A stretch of DNA of 64,000 nt from Nostoc sp. (GTDB taxonomy: Bacteria > Cyanobacteriota > Cyanobacteriia > Cyanobacteriales > Nostocaceae), in the NCBI GenBank assembly GCA_036918135.1, contig JBALDB010000036.1, positions 31,773-95,772 on the forward strand, given 5' to 3'. The translations under genes and the position numbers were made by a program. Shown here piece by piece: positions 9,218 through 18,087 of the stretch; the first letter of the stretch is position 1; every line of letters begins with the position of its first letter. The notes below the pieces were generated by a model. That model searched no databases and was not told the origin of the DNA. It saw nothing but the letters and a program-made list of their open reading frames with translations.

Positions 9218-10720
9218 CTAGCGCAGAGACTTTAAGCTTTCAGTCTTTTGCACTAAGAAATCGGTGAAGATACTCATAATCGTGCGCTGACGTAATTTCA
9301 CATTTGCATTGATGGACATCCCTGATTGCAATGGAATTTGACGCTGGTTAATCAGTAACTTCTGCCCATGTAGGCGGACTTTTGCAGAAAAACGCCAAAA
9401 ATTATAAACTTGGTCTGGAGGTAAGGCATCAGAGCCAATCTCAATTAATTCGCCTTTGATATCGCCATACTCTTGGAAGGGAAAGGAATCAATTCTCACA
9501 TCTACTTGTTGCCCTTCTTGGACAAAGCCGATGTCGCGGTTAGTGATATATACGTTAGCAACTAAGTTATCGCTAGGAACGAGTTTTAAGAGGGGTTCAG
9601 TGGAATTAACTACAAATCCTGCTGTTTTGGCTTTGAGTTCAAAGACGGTTCCATCTACGGGTGCTGTAATTTTCTGATATTTCAAGGTTTGTTGTGCCTG
9701 AACCCATTTACTATCAATCTCTCCAATCTGACTATTAATTTCATAGAGGCGTTTTTGATTATCTACAATTACCTTGGTTAATTGGCTATCAATTTCGGCA
9801 ATGTCTTTGTCATTATCTGTAATTTTGGCGAGTAAATCTTCTTGAGACACTGCCGCAGTATTGCGAACTTTTTGATTTGACTGAGCGATCGCTAATTGTA
9901 ATCGTTGCTGTTCCCGATTTAATCGGATTACTTCTGCTTGTTTGCTGCTGACATCCTGCTGCTGTTTCAAGTATTGCACCTGGGAAATCGCCCCCTGTTG
10001 CGCTAGAGGTTCAAACTTGTGAAGAATTTGTTGATTAATTGTCAGCAACTCTTTAGCACTAGTTAATTCCGCTTGAGTTTGAAAAAATTGCTGTTGCGTC
10101 TGTCCTGTTTCTAAATTAGCTGTGGCTAAACGCGATTCTAATTCTATTTGGCGATTTCGCAAGCGTAACTGTTGCTCTCTTGTGAGAGTATTTCCAGCAG
10201 TCGCACCGTTTAACTGTGTGCGGTACAACTGGTTTTCGGCAATAATTGCAGCTCGGCTTTTGGTCAATAAGACTAGTTCTGGTTTAATTTTCAACAAAGC
10301 AGTTTGCTGTGCCACTTGCTGGGGTGAGCTTGTTCCTTGAAGTTGGCGGCGGTAAAAGTCATTTTCTTGCTCTAGCGCTTGTTTGGCAAGTAACTGAGCT
10401 ACGCGACTTTGCTTTAATGAAATTAACTCAGCCTCAGAAGTAGTTTTTTCCAGGCTAACGAGTGTTTCACCTTTTTTGACTCGCTGACCATCTTTGACTA
10501 GAATTTCCTTGACAACACCTTGAATCGGAGCTTGAATTTCTTTAACTGCACCCTGTGGTTCTAGCTTGCCAGTGGCATGAATTGATTCATCAATTTTGAA
10601 CACCGAGGCCCAAATTACTGCGAAGGTACTAACTCCAACAATAGTCCAAGCGATCGCTCGCGACCAAGTAGGAGTTTGTTGTAAAAGTACTGGTTGGTCG
10701 AATTTATATTGAATATTCAT
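9218..10720 (-). CDS. hlyD: HlyD-family membrane fusion protein of a type I secretion system
   Basis: N-terminal TM helix, ATGKLEP, long coiled coil, IT/APVDGTV, DIGFV, FPFQEYG and LQSGM motifs. Confidence 0.9.
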   Translation of the reverse strand: MNIQYKFDQPVLLQQTPTWSRAIAWTIVGVSTFAVIWASVFKIDESIHATGKLEPQGAVKEIQAPIQGVVKEILVKDGQRVKKGETLVSLEKTTSEAELISLKQSRVAQLLAKQALEQENDFYRRQLQGTSSPQQVAQQTALLKIKPELVLLTKSRAAIIAENQLYRTQLNGATAGNTLTREQQLRLRNRQIELESRLATANLETGQTQQQFFQTQAELTSAKELLTINQQILHKFEPLAQQGAISQVQYLKQQQDVSSKQAEVIRLNREQQRLQLAIAQSNQKVRNTAAVSQEDLLAKITDNDKDIAEIDSQLTKVIVDNQKRLYEINSQIGEIDSKWVQAQQTLKYQKITAPVDGTVFELKAKTAGFVVNSTEPLLKLVPSDNLVANVYITNRDIGFVQEGQQVDVRIDSFPFQEYGDIKGELIEIGSDALPPDQVYNFWRFSAKVRLHGQKLLINQRQIPLQSGMSINANVKLRQRTIMSIFTDFLVQKTESLKSLR

Positions 10721-10787
10721 AAGGAGTGGAGAAAGTTAATTGATGAGTATTGACTGATAAATGTTGACTGCTGGGTTGCGAGTGTTA

Positions 10788-11102
10788 AAGTTTGGAGTTC
10801 AGAAGCTCAACTTCCGAGTTCAAAAGCTCAACGTTCAAGCAAAAAGGTGCAACTTCCGAGTTCAAAGCCTCAACGTTCAAGCAAAAAGGTGCAACTTCCG
10901 AGTTCAAAGCCTCAACGTTCAAGCAAAAAGGTGCAACTTCCGAGTTCAAAGCCTCAACGTTCGAGTAAAAAGGTGCAACTTCCGAGTTCAAAGGCTCAAC
11001 GTTCGAGTAAAAAGGTGCAACTTCCGAGTTCAAAGCCTCAACGTTCAAGTAAAAAAGCTCAACTTCCGAGTTCAAAGGTCAAAATTTCGAGTTCAGAGGC
11101 CA
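10788..11102. repeat. tandem array of 15 x 21-bp units with an alternating A/B 42-bp higher-order period
   Basis: A = AACTTCCGAGTTCAAAGCCTC and B = AACGTTCAAGCAAAAAGGTGC, with variants; no unique spacers. Confidence 0.95.
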
Positions 11103-11118
11103 AAGCAATAATATTTCC

Positions 11119-11160
11119 CCCTGCCTCCTGCCCCCTGCCTCCTGCCTCCTGCCTCCTTCC
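11119..11160. repeat. STRR-type heptamer tract (CCTGCCT)n
   Basis: cctgcctcctgccccctgcctcctgcctcctgcctcc directly after the hlyB stop codon. Confidence 0.8.
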
Positions 11161-14102
11161 TACACTTTTGCTTCTTGTTGCTGATAAAGACAGTAGTAAT
11201 AACCTTTGAGCGCCATCAATTCTTCATGAGTTCCCTGTTCTACTACAGCACCTCTATCCATCATGAGAATGACATCGGCATTGCGAATTGTGCTGAGGCG
11301 GTGAGTAATGAAAAACACTGTTTTATCTTGAAAAGCTGTCGCCAAGTTACGGCAAACTTGGGCTTCGGCATTGTAATCTAAGGCGCTGGTAGCTTCATCA
11401 AGGATCAGTAATTGTGGATTTTGCAGAACAGTACGAGCGATCGCTACTCGTTGGCGTTGTCCCCCTGACAGTCCCGAACCTCGTTCGCCGACACGAGTGT
11501 TATAGCCACTGGGTAAAGACATAATAAAGTCGTGGGCAAATGCTACTTTAGCAGCAGTAATAATTTCTTCATCGCTAGCATCAGGATATCCCAAGGCAAT
11601 GTTTTCGCGGACTGTACCATCGAATAGTAGGGTATCTTGTAACACCATTCCAATTTGACGGCGTAAGGAATAGAGTTCAACTTTACTGATATCGTAGCCA
11701 TCAATCAAGATTTTGCCGGACTTGGGTTCGTAAAGTCGCGGTAATAATTTTAGCAGTGTACTTTTACCGGAACCGCTTTGACCAACAATTCCCACAAAGG
11801 AGCCAGCAGGAAAATCTAAGTTAATATTGCACAGTTGCAATGGCCCGTGTTCTGAGAAACTGAAGCTGAGATTTTCAAAGCAAACACTACCTTGAACACT
11901 AGGCATGAGAATATTTTGACAGTTGCCGATTTCTACTTCTTGAGGAGTGTCTAAAATATCAGCAAGGCGTTGCAGAGATAGAGCAGTTTCTTGGAAGTTC
12001 TGCCAAAGTTGCATCAGGCGTAATAGGGGACTAGTAACATAACCAGCCAAGATGCGGAAAGCAATGAGTTGTCCCAAGGTTAGGTGCTGATTGAGGACAA
12101 GAAAAGCTCCCACCCACAGCACTAACATACTGGAAAACTTGTTGAGAAAGCTGCTGACAGAACCGGCGTTGGTTTGGGTAGAAACTGTTTTGAAACTAGC
12201 ACTGATGTAACGAGCATAGCGTTCTTGCCATTGCCAACGCGATCGCATTTCTAAATTTTGCGCCTTGACTGTCTGCATTCCCCCCATCACTTCTACTAAA
12301 TAAGATTGCGTTTCGGCATTACATTCTGCTTTCTCTTGTAATTGTCGCCGCATCAAAGGTGATACCATCAAGTTGAGCAAACCAAATAACGGCACTGTTG
12401 CCAAAGCTACCAAGGTCAACACTGGGCTGTAAATCGCCATGACCACAATATAAACTACAGAAAATACAGCATCCATCACCACAGTTAAAGCTGTACCAGT
12501 CAAGAAAGAACGAATATTTTCCAATTCGTGAATGCGCGTTGCTAATTCCCCTACAGGACGGCGTTCAAAGTAAGATAATGGCAGACGCAACAGATGATTA
12601 ATTACCTCAGAACCAAGGGTGAGGTCAATTCGGTTAGTGGTATCTGTAAATAAGTGAGTGCGGACGCTGGTAAGTATTGCTTCGATGACTGCTACTACCA
12701 GCAAAAAGATGCCAAAAACTTCCAGGGTATCAGGACTGTTACCAACCAGTACTTTGTCAATGATTACCTGTGTGGCGAGGGGATTTACCAACCCAAACAG
12801 TTGAATAACAATGGAAGCAACTAGTACTTCAATTAATACCTTGCGATAGCGCCGCAATGAAGGTACAAACCAATTCAAATTAAACCGCGCCTTGGGAGTG
12901 TTTTTATTGGTTTGCAGTAGCAGTACTTCTCCTTCAGTCCCCCAGTTTTCGGCAAAGTCTCGCAGTTTGTAGCGTAGTAGTCCCATCTCAGGAACGGCAA
13001 TGAGTAACTCTCGATCGCTATTTTTATAAACGATTGCAAAACTATCTTGCCAAGAAATCATTACTGGTAATTGCAAGCGTCCGACTGCGGCGGCGGGAAC
13101 TTTCACCATCTGTGTTGTCAATCCCATCAACTCGGCGGCGGCGGCGCAAAATTGCAGAGATATAATCCCCTTCTGTTCCTGCTGCTTTGTCAACACCCGT
13201 CGTAGTGTATCTCTGCGTAATGGGATATTAAAGTATTGGCTCAACATTTGGAAGCAAGCCAGGGAAGCATCGAGTGGGCCTCTACCTTTGATATAAGGAT
13301 ACTTCTTTTGTTTACCCTTAGTTGCTGGTTCTTCTATGACAGTAATTTCTGAGGCGTAGGGAATCTCTGCGGGTAAGAGTGTTTTTGGGGTAGAAGAAGC
13401 AAGATTTTCTCTAAATATTGATTTGGGCAATCCCACCAGACGCATATTTGTATTAAATTTCAGCTTAGGGTTGAGTTCATCCAACTCTAAGCGACTACCC
13501 ACAGGGAACTCAGGATCGAAATTACTGCTGACTAACCATAAAAATGCTGAATCTAACTGCTGGCGGAATTTGCGTGCAGGAATTGTTTGGATAATCGCAA
13601 CTTCAGTTGCAGCTTGGGCAAGTTTAACTAAATTTTTGCTCCCATCTGCGCGACGGCTGAGTTCTTCGGTAAGCAGTTCATGCACTTCTAAAAGAGTAAT
13701 CTTATTTTGCAACGCTTGCACAAAAGTTTCTTCCTGCTTGAGTAAGGTTAGAAAACCAGCAATAGGTAGATTAATAGCGATAACTTCAGTAGAAGCGATC
13801 GCAGTTTCACAAGCAACACCCCGCACATGACTTACCCAACCTAAAACTTCTCCTGGAGAAAGTAACTTCAGTGTCGCCGGATTTGGTGCTTGGGAATTAT
13901 AGCCTAATAAACGCGCTTGTCCTTGATAGATAATGCTAATTTTATCGGGCATAGCTTCCCGTGTTACTATTACCTGTCCGATGCGATAGCGAAAAAATTG
14001 CACCTTTTCGAGCAAATTTTCTATAAGATTTGCTGGTAGATAATTGAAAGGAAATAAATCGGCAATAAATTCTTGAATATCCACAGTTGTATTTGTCATC
14101 AT
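11160..14102 (-). CDS. hlyB: type I secretion ABC transporter (cNMP-binding, C39-like, ABC membrane and ATPase domains; HlyB/HetC-like)
   Basis: N-terminal cNMP-like domain; degenerate C39 region (DASLAC instead of DCG); GQSGSGKST, LSGGQRQR and LILDEATSALD motifs. Confidence 0.92.
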   Translation of the reverse strand: MMTNTTVDIQEFIADLFPFNYLPANLIENLLEKVQFFRYRIGQVIVTREAMPDKISIIYQGQARLLGYNSQAPNPATLKLLSPGEVLGWVSHVRGVACETAIASTEVIAINLPIAGFLTLLKQEETFVQALQNKITLLEVHELLTEELSRRADGSKNLVKLAQAATEVAIIQTIPARKFRQQLDSAFLWLVSSNFDPEFPVGSRLELDELNPKLKFNTNMRLVGLPKSIFRENLASSTPKTLLPAEIPYASEITVIEEPATKGKQKKYPYIKGRGPLDASLACFQMLSQYFNIPLRRDTLRRVLTKQQEQKGIISLQFCAAAAELMGLTTQMVKVPAAAVGRLQLPVMISWQDSFAIVYKNSDRELLIAVPEMGLLRYKLRDFAENWGTEGEVLLLQTNKNTPKARFNLNWFVPSLRRYRKVLIEVLVASIVIQLFGLVNPLATQVIIDKVLVGNSPDTLEVFGIFLLVVAVIEAILTSVRTHLFTDTTNRIDLTLGSEVINHLLRLPLSYFERRPVGELATRIHELENIRSFLTGTALTVVMDAVFSVVYIVVMAIYSPVLTLVALATVPLFGLLNLMVSPLMRRQLQEKAECNAETQSYLVEVMGGMQTVKAQNLEMRSRWQWQERYARYISASFKTVSTQTNAGSVSSFLNKFSSMLVLWVGAFLVLNQHLTLGQLIAFRILAGYVTSPLLRLMQLWQNFQETALSLQRLADILDTPQEVEIGNCQNILMPSVQGSVCFENLSFSFSEHGPLQLCNINLDFPAGSFVGIVGQSGSGKSTLLKLLPRLYEPKSGKILIDGYDISKVELYSLRRQIGMVLQDTLLFDGTVRENIALGYPDASDEEIITAAKVAFAHDFIMSLPSGYNTRVGERGSGLSGGQRQRVAIARTVLQNPQLLILDEATSALDYNAEAQVCRNLATAFQDKTVFFITHRLSTIRNADVILMMDRGAVVEQGTHEELMALKGYYYCLYQQQEAKV

Positions 14103-14947
14103 CTTGCACCCAATTTTAATAATTTATATGCAGCGTTCACTTCTTGAACCTGTGCTGGTTTAGTATTGATTCCCATCCAGGTTTTTTCTTCTGGCGAGAG
14201 TTGATTCAGTTGTTGTTTAAACCAAGTTTCAAAATTTTCTTGCAGCAACCGTTGACGCATAAAATCGTCCAACTGGGCAGTTATGAATTTTTCCACACGT
14301 ACAATCACCCATGATTCTCCAAAGGGTACGGGTGCTTGAACTATACCCACTTGACTTGTGCAAAGTAACTGAGCAAAATTGGGAGCGATCGTACCAAGTT
14401 CCACTGGGCCGATGATGCCATATGTATCAGCTTCCGGCCCTTGAGAATATTCACGTGCTAGTTCCGAAAAAGATTGTTCTCCTTCTGTAATTCGGAAAAA
14501 TAGTTCGTTGGCAGTTCCTCTGTTGTCAATCCGAATTAAAGAATAAATGACTTTATCAAAATGCCTTTTGTATTTGAGAAAGTAAGATTCTAGTTGATGT
14601 CCCCAAGTTTGTTGTTTAAACTTTTCGACTCTCAGCTTTCGGGTGGCGAAAAGTTCTAATTGTTCTTGAGTCAAACCGTAACGTAAACACCAATCTTGGA
14701 TTTTTTGCTCGGTTGTCAAATCCCACTGCTGATAAAATTGCTCTAGAGCATGAGATGTTTCTTCTTCAGTACAGGTGATAGGTGCGTTGGCGTAGCCCGT
14801 CGTAGACATCGCTAATTCAATAATGCTCTGAGATAACAATTGTGGGATTAGATTGTAACTTGCTAAAAAGGGAATAATTTCTGGCGGCAAGAGGGCGCTA
14901 GTGCTATGCCCGTCGTGGACATCGCCTCTTTGTAAAGCTTTAGTCAT
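14099..14947 (-). CDS. PpiC/parvulin-type peptidyl-prolyl isomerase associated with the T1SS
   Basis: VIYSLIR, ELFFRI.EGEQSFSELAREYSQGPEA..GIIGPV motifs; stop overlaps the hlyB start (ATGA). Confidence 0.85.
   Translation of the reverse strand: MTKALQRGDVHDGHSTSALLPPEIIPFLASYNLIPQLLSQSIIELAMSTTGYANAPITCTEEETSHALEQFYQQWDLTTEQKIQDWCLRYGLTQEQLELFATRKLRVEKFKQQTWGHQLESYFLKYKRHFDKVIYSLIRIDNRGTANELFFRITEGEQSFSELAREYSQGPEADTYGIIGPVELGTIAPNFAQLLCTSQVGIVQAPVPFGESWVIVRVEKFITAQLDDFMRQRLLQENFETWFKQQLNQLSPEEKTWMGINTKPAQVQEVNAAYKLLKLGAR
14787..14807. mobile_element. 21-nt SDR5-like element inserted in a HIP1 site
   Basis: GCG[TTGGCGTAGCCCGTCGTAGAC]ATCGC; removing the 21 nt restores GCGATCGC and keeps the frame. 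Confidence 0.8.
14898..14920. mobile_element. second, degenerate SDR5-like HIP1 insertion
   Basis: GCG[CTAGTGCTATGCCCGTCGTGGAC]ATCGC shares the GCCCGTCGT.GAC core with the first copy. Confidence 0.65.
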
Positions 14948-15049
14948 ATAAAAATACTATTTTGTTGAAATATTTGATGAGTGCAGTTATATTTTTTGCA
15001 ATGAAAGCAGCATTCAGGTGTAACTTTCCGCTGCTTGCATCATTTGCAT

Positions 15050-15327
15050 AGCCTTAGCTGTTTGGTTTTGTGCTTGGCTTGCTCAGAACCTTTTGTTTAA
15101 CCATGAATCTAAAGTAAGCTGCTTTTTAAATAAACACAGCATGAAAAAGACTTGAATAGTTAGGTGTTTGAAAATAAATTCCAAGTGCTTCGTCTTATTT
15201 AGTCAGAAAAAGTCTGATAACTTACCCTTGGCGTTGTTGAGAATAAATTTAATCAAATAAGGGATGTTAAAACTTACGCACTCAATCCTAAAACTCAGAT
15301 TCCCCTATCAGTCCTTCATAAGGCTAC
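15050..15327 (-). promoter_or_regulatory. ~280-bp non-coding cassette upstream of the T1SS operon, paralogous to 17449..17728
   Basis: Colinear similarity, including identical blocks AAACACAGCATGAAAAAGACTTGAATAGTTAGGTGTT and GTCTTATTTAGTCAGAAAAAGTCTGATAACT. The regulatory role is inferred. Confidence 0.7.
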
Positions 15328-15408
15328 TGTATACACTCATTTGTATACTCTTGAAAGCGTTGTCATACAATGATTTCAAGTACCGCTCATCACTGCCGAT
15401 GCCTAAAC

Positions 15409-16170
15409 TTAAGCAAAGGGGGTGGTGAAATGATCGAAAGTCAGGTTGTAGTTAGTCGAAGCCGTGAATTCAGTTACTTGCAAAAAGTAGTCACCAGATT
15501 GATTAATGTTAGAAATCAGTTCTGAACTAATACCACCTTTAGTAGAGCTTGCTATTTCCTCCCCAGCATCAACGATGCGATTGTTGTTAAAGTCTTGAAT
15601 TAAGCGGATGTCAGCATCAGTACTTAATCCGTCCAATTTAATGTTGACACCTTCAAAAAATCCCAAAGAGAAGCTGTAAACATCAGTAGTGTTCCGATCG
15701 TTAACGTTGCCTGTACGAATGACATCACCTGACAAATCACCAAGTACAAATTCCTTCGGTAGAAGGTTACTGAAACTAGCTTCAAGGGGAAAAGTTCCAG
15801 ATGGTTGAGTTGCAGATAACGCTAAATCGTAACTGACAGTGCCTGAACTACCTGGAGCATAGCGAGAAACTTCTGCAAAAAAAGTAGTTGAGTAAGTTTT
15901 AATGTTGATTGCATCGTCTAGGTTGCTTCCCTTTGTGGAAACAATTTCAAATATTCGGTCAATATTGTCTAGTACACCGTTACTGTTAGCATCTGGAAAC
16001 AGTCGGATGTCGGCATCATCACCAGCGCTGATATCTGTCAGAGACAGGTTAATGTTTTTGTCACTAGGGATTTTGAACTGAAAGACATCCGTTGTGTCTG
16101 TTGTAGTTAAAGTGAAATTATTTTTAACAACAGGAGTGCTACCGAGTGTACCAAGATTGAAAAGTGCCAT
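15409..16170 (-). CDS. PPC (pre-peptidase C-terminal)-domain protein, copy 1; candidate T1SS cargo
   Basis: Two repeats of DVF/YxF...NI.L......DADIRL..D.N.N; no Sec signal peptide; closely similar to 16562..17320. Confidence 0.8.
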   Translation of the reverse strand: MALFNLGTLGSTPVVKNNFTLTTTDTTDVFQFKIPSDKNINLSLTDISAGDDADIRLFPDANSNGVLDNIDRIFEIVSTKGSNLDDAINIKTYSTTFFAEVSRYAPGSSGTVSYDLALSATQPSGTFPLEASFSNLLPKEFVLGDLSGDVIRTGNVNDRNTTDVYSFSLGFFEGVNIKLDGLSTDADIRLIQDFNNNRIVDAGEEIASSTKGGISSELISNINQSGDYFLQVTEFTASTNYNLTFDHFTTPFA

Positions 16171-16345
16171 TTTTTTGCCCTTTAGGTATTGATTGTGAAC
16201 TGGTCTTAAGATTAAGTTGTGGTTTTTACAGAGCTAAATATTGAAATATAGTGGCTGATAATTTGATGAAAATAAAGAAGATTTATTACTTTCAATAGAG
16301 CCTTAGCTGTTTAGTTTTGTGCAACGTAGAGTGAGTTATATTTTT

Positions 16346-16429
16346 GCAAGCCGATGCATTAACATTGCAGGTCAATGCATTAGCATTGCAAGTCGATGCA
16401 TTAGCAGTGCAAGTCGATGCATTAGCATT
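16346..16429. repeat. 4 x 21-bp tandem repeat (GCAAGTCGATGCATTAGCAkT)
   Basis: Four near-identical units, each containing ATGCAT; the paralogous site at 17770..17811 has 2 units. Confidence 0.9.
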
Positions 16430-16561
16430 ACAGGTCAAAAGTGTGGAATAAAAGCGGCAAAGTTCAGGTATGATTCTTTGCCGCTTGTATCATTTGCATA
16501 CCCTTGAAAGTATTGTACAGGAATACTTTCAAGTACTGCTCACCACTGTCGATGCTTAAAC

Positions 16562-17320
16562 TTAATAAAACGAGGTGGTGAAATGATCGAAAGTCAGGTT
16601 GTAGTTAGTCGCACCACCGAATTCAGTAACCTGCAAGAAGTAGTCACCAGATTCATTAAAGTTGGAAATCAGTTCTGAACTAATACCTCCATTAGTAGAG
16701 CGTAGAATTTCCTCTCCTGCGTCAACGATGCGATTGTTATTAAAGTCTCGAATTAAGCGGATGTCAGCATCAGTGCTTAACCCATCCAATTTAATGTTGA
16801 CACCCTCAAAGCTTCCTAAAGAGAAGCTGTAAACATCAGCAGTGTTTTGGTTATTGACGTTACCTGTACGAGTGACATCACCTGACAGGTTACCAAGTAC
16901 AACTTCCTTCGGTAGAAGGTTGCTGAAACTGGCTGAAAGAGGAAAAGTTCCAGATGGCGCAGTCGCAGATAAGGCTAAATCGTAACTTACATTCCCCGAA
17001 CTACTAGCAAAGCGAGATACTTCAGCGAAAAAAGTACCTGAGCTAGTTTTAAAGTTAATTGCGTCATCTTGGTTGCTTGACCGATTGGAAACAAGTCCAT
17101 TTTGTCTGTCAAAGTTGTCTAGTACACCGTTATTGTTAGCATCTCTAAACAGTCGGATGTCAGCATCATCACCAGCACTAATATCTGTCAGAGACAGGTT
17201 GATATTGCTGGAATTGGTGATTTTGAACTGAAAGACATCCGTTGTATCTGTTGTAGTTAAGGTGAAATTATTTTTAACAACAGGAGTGCTACCGAGTGTA
17301 CCAAGATTGAAAAGTGCCAT
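16562..17320 (-). CDS. PPC-domain protein, copy 2; candidate T1SS cargo
   Basis: Tandem paralog of 15409..16170 with identical first ~34 aa and conserved flanks. Confidence 0.8.
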   Translation of the reverse strand: MALFNLGTLGSTPVVKNNFTLTTTDTTDVFQFKITNSSNINLSLTDISAGDDADIRLFRDANNNGVLDNFDRQNGLVSNRSSNQDDAINFKTSSGTFFAEVSRFASSSGNVSYDLALSATAPSGTFPLSASFSNLLPKEVVLGNLSGDVTRTGNVNNQNTADVYSFSLGSFEGVNIKLDGLSTDADIRLIRDFNNNRIVDAGEEILRSTNGGISSELISNFNESGDYFLQVTEFGGATNYNLTFDHFTTSFY

Positions 17321-17448
17321 TTTTTTGTCCTTTAGGTATTGATTGTGAACTGGTCTTAAGATGAAGTTGTAGTTTGCACAGAGCTAATTTGTGAAATATA
17401 GCGGCTGATAATTTGATGAAAATAAAGAAGATTTATTATTTTCAATAG

Positions 17449-17728
17449 AGCCTTAGCTGTTTAGTTTTGTGCAAGCTTTGTTCAGAACCTCTTGTTTAAC
17501 CATAAATATAAAGTAAGCTGTTTTTTTAAGAAACACAGCATGAAAAAGACTTGAATAGTTAGGTGTTGAAAAACAAATTTCAAGTGCTTTGTCTTATTTA
17601 GTCAGAAAAAGTCTGATAACTCACTGTTGGTGTTGTTGAGAATGAGTTCGCTTGAATAAGGGATGTTACGACTAACGCACTCAAGCCTGAAATTTAGAAT
17701 TCTACTAAGCAGAACTTAATAAGGCTAC
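17449..17728 (-). promoter_or_regulatory. ~280-bp non-coding cassette upstream of PPC copy 2, paralogous to 15050..15327
   Basis: See 15050..15327; contains the conserved TCAGA-N5-TCTGA palindrome. Confidence 0.7.
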
Positions 17729-17769
17729 GAGTCACTGCCTAACGTAAACGTGGAGTGAGTTATATTTTT

Positions 17770-17811
17770 GCAAGCCGATGCATTAGCAGTGCAAGTCAAT
17801 GCATTAGCAGT
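17770..17811. repeat. 2 x 21-bp repeat, same family as 16346..16429
   Basis: GCAAGCCGATGCATTAGCAGT GCAAGTCAATGCATTAGCAGT. Confidence 0.85.
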
Positions 17812-18087
17812 ACAACTCTAAAAGACTTGTGTGTACACCGTAGCTTTTTCAAAAGGGAATTTCTAGAGCTAATTTTTTAACAGGGTTTGGGGATCAGACT
17901 GTGTAAGTTTTGGACGTGAAGAAGCAGGCGAAAGCTTGCGTCAGGCGATCGCTTTAACAAACCTTTGTCACACAAAAAAATTGTTATATGAAATTGAGAC
18001 AAAAAACCTCTGCGTTACAGAGATATCTTGTGTCCCTACGCGTGTAATCAATTCAATTGAAAACTCTATAAATTATTTTGTGATTTT

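Noticed and set aside
10785..11075. RiPP precursor with repeated cores, processed by the ABC transporter
   Set aside because: No ATG, leader or double-glycine site, no modifying enzymes nearby, the C39 domain lacks catalytic residues, and the same repeat occurs at 58682. Kept only as a weak possibility.
10788..11102. Possible CRISPR array
   Set aside because: The units are contiguous and alternate between two near-constant 21-mers. There are no unique spacers and no cas genes.
11160..14102. hetC
   Set aside because: The architecture is similar, but it sits in a PPIase-HlyB-HlyD operon 32 kb from hetP, so orthology cannot be supported.
16319..16507. 62-aa ORF with (ASRCISI)n repeats
   Set aside because: It is simply the translation of the 21-bp non-coding repeat on the opposite strand, with a non-ATG start.
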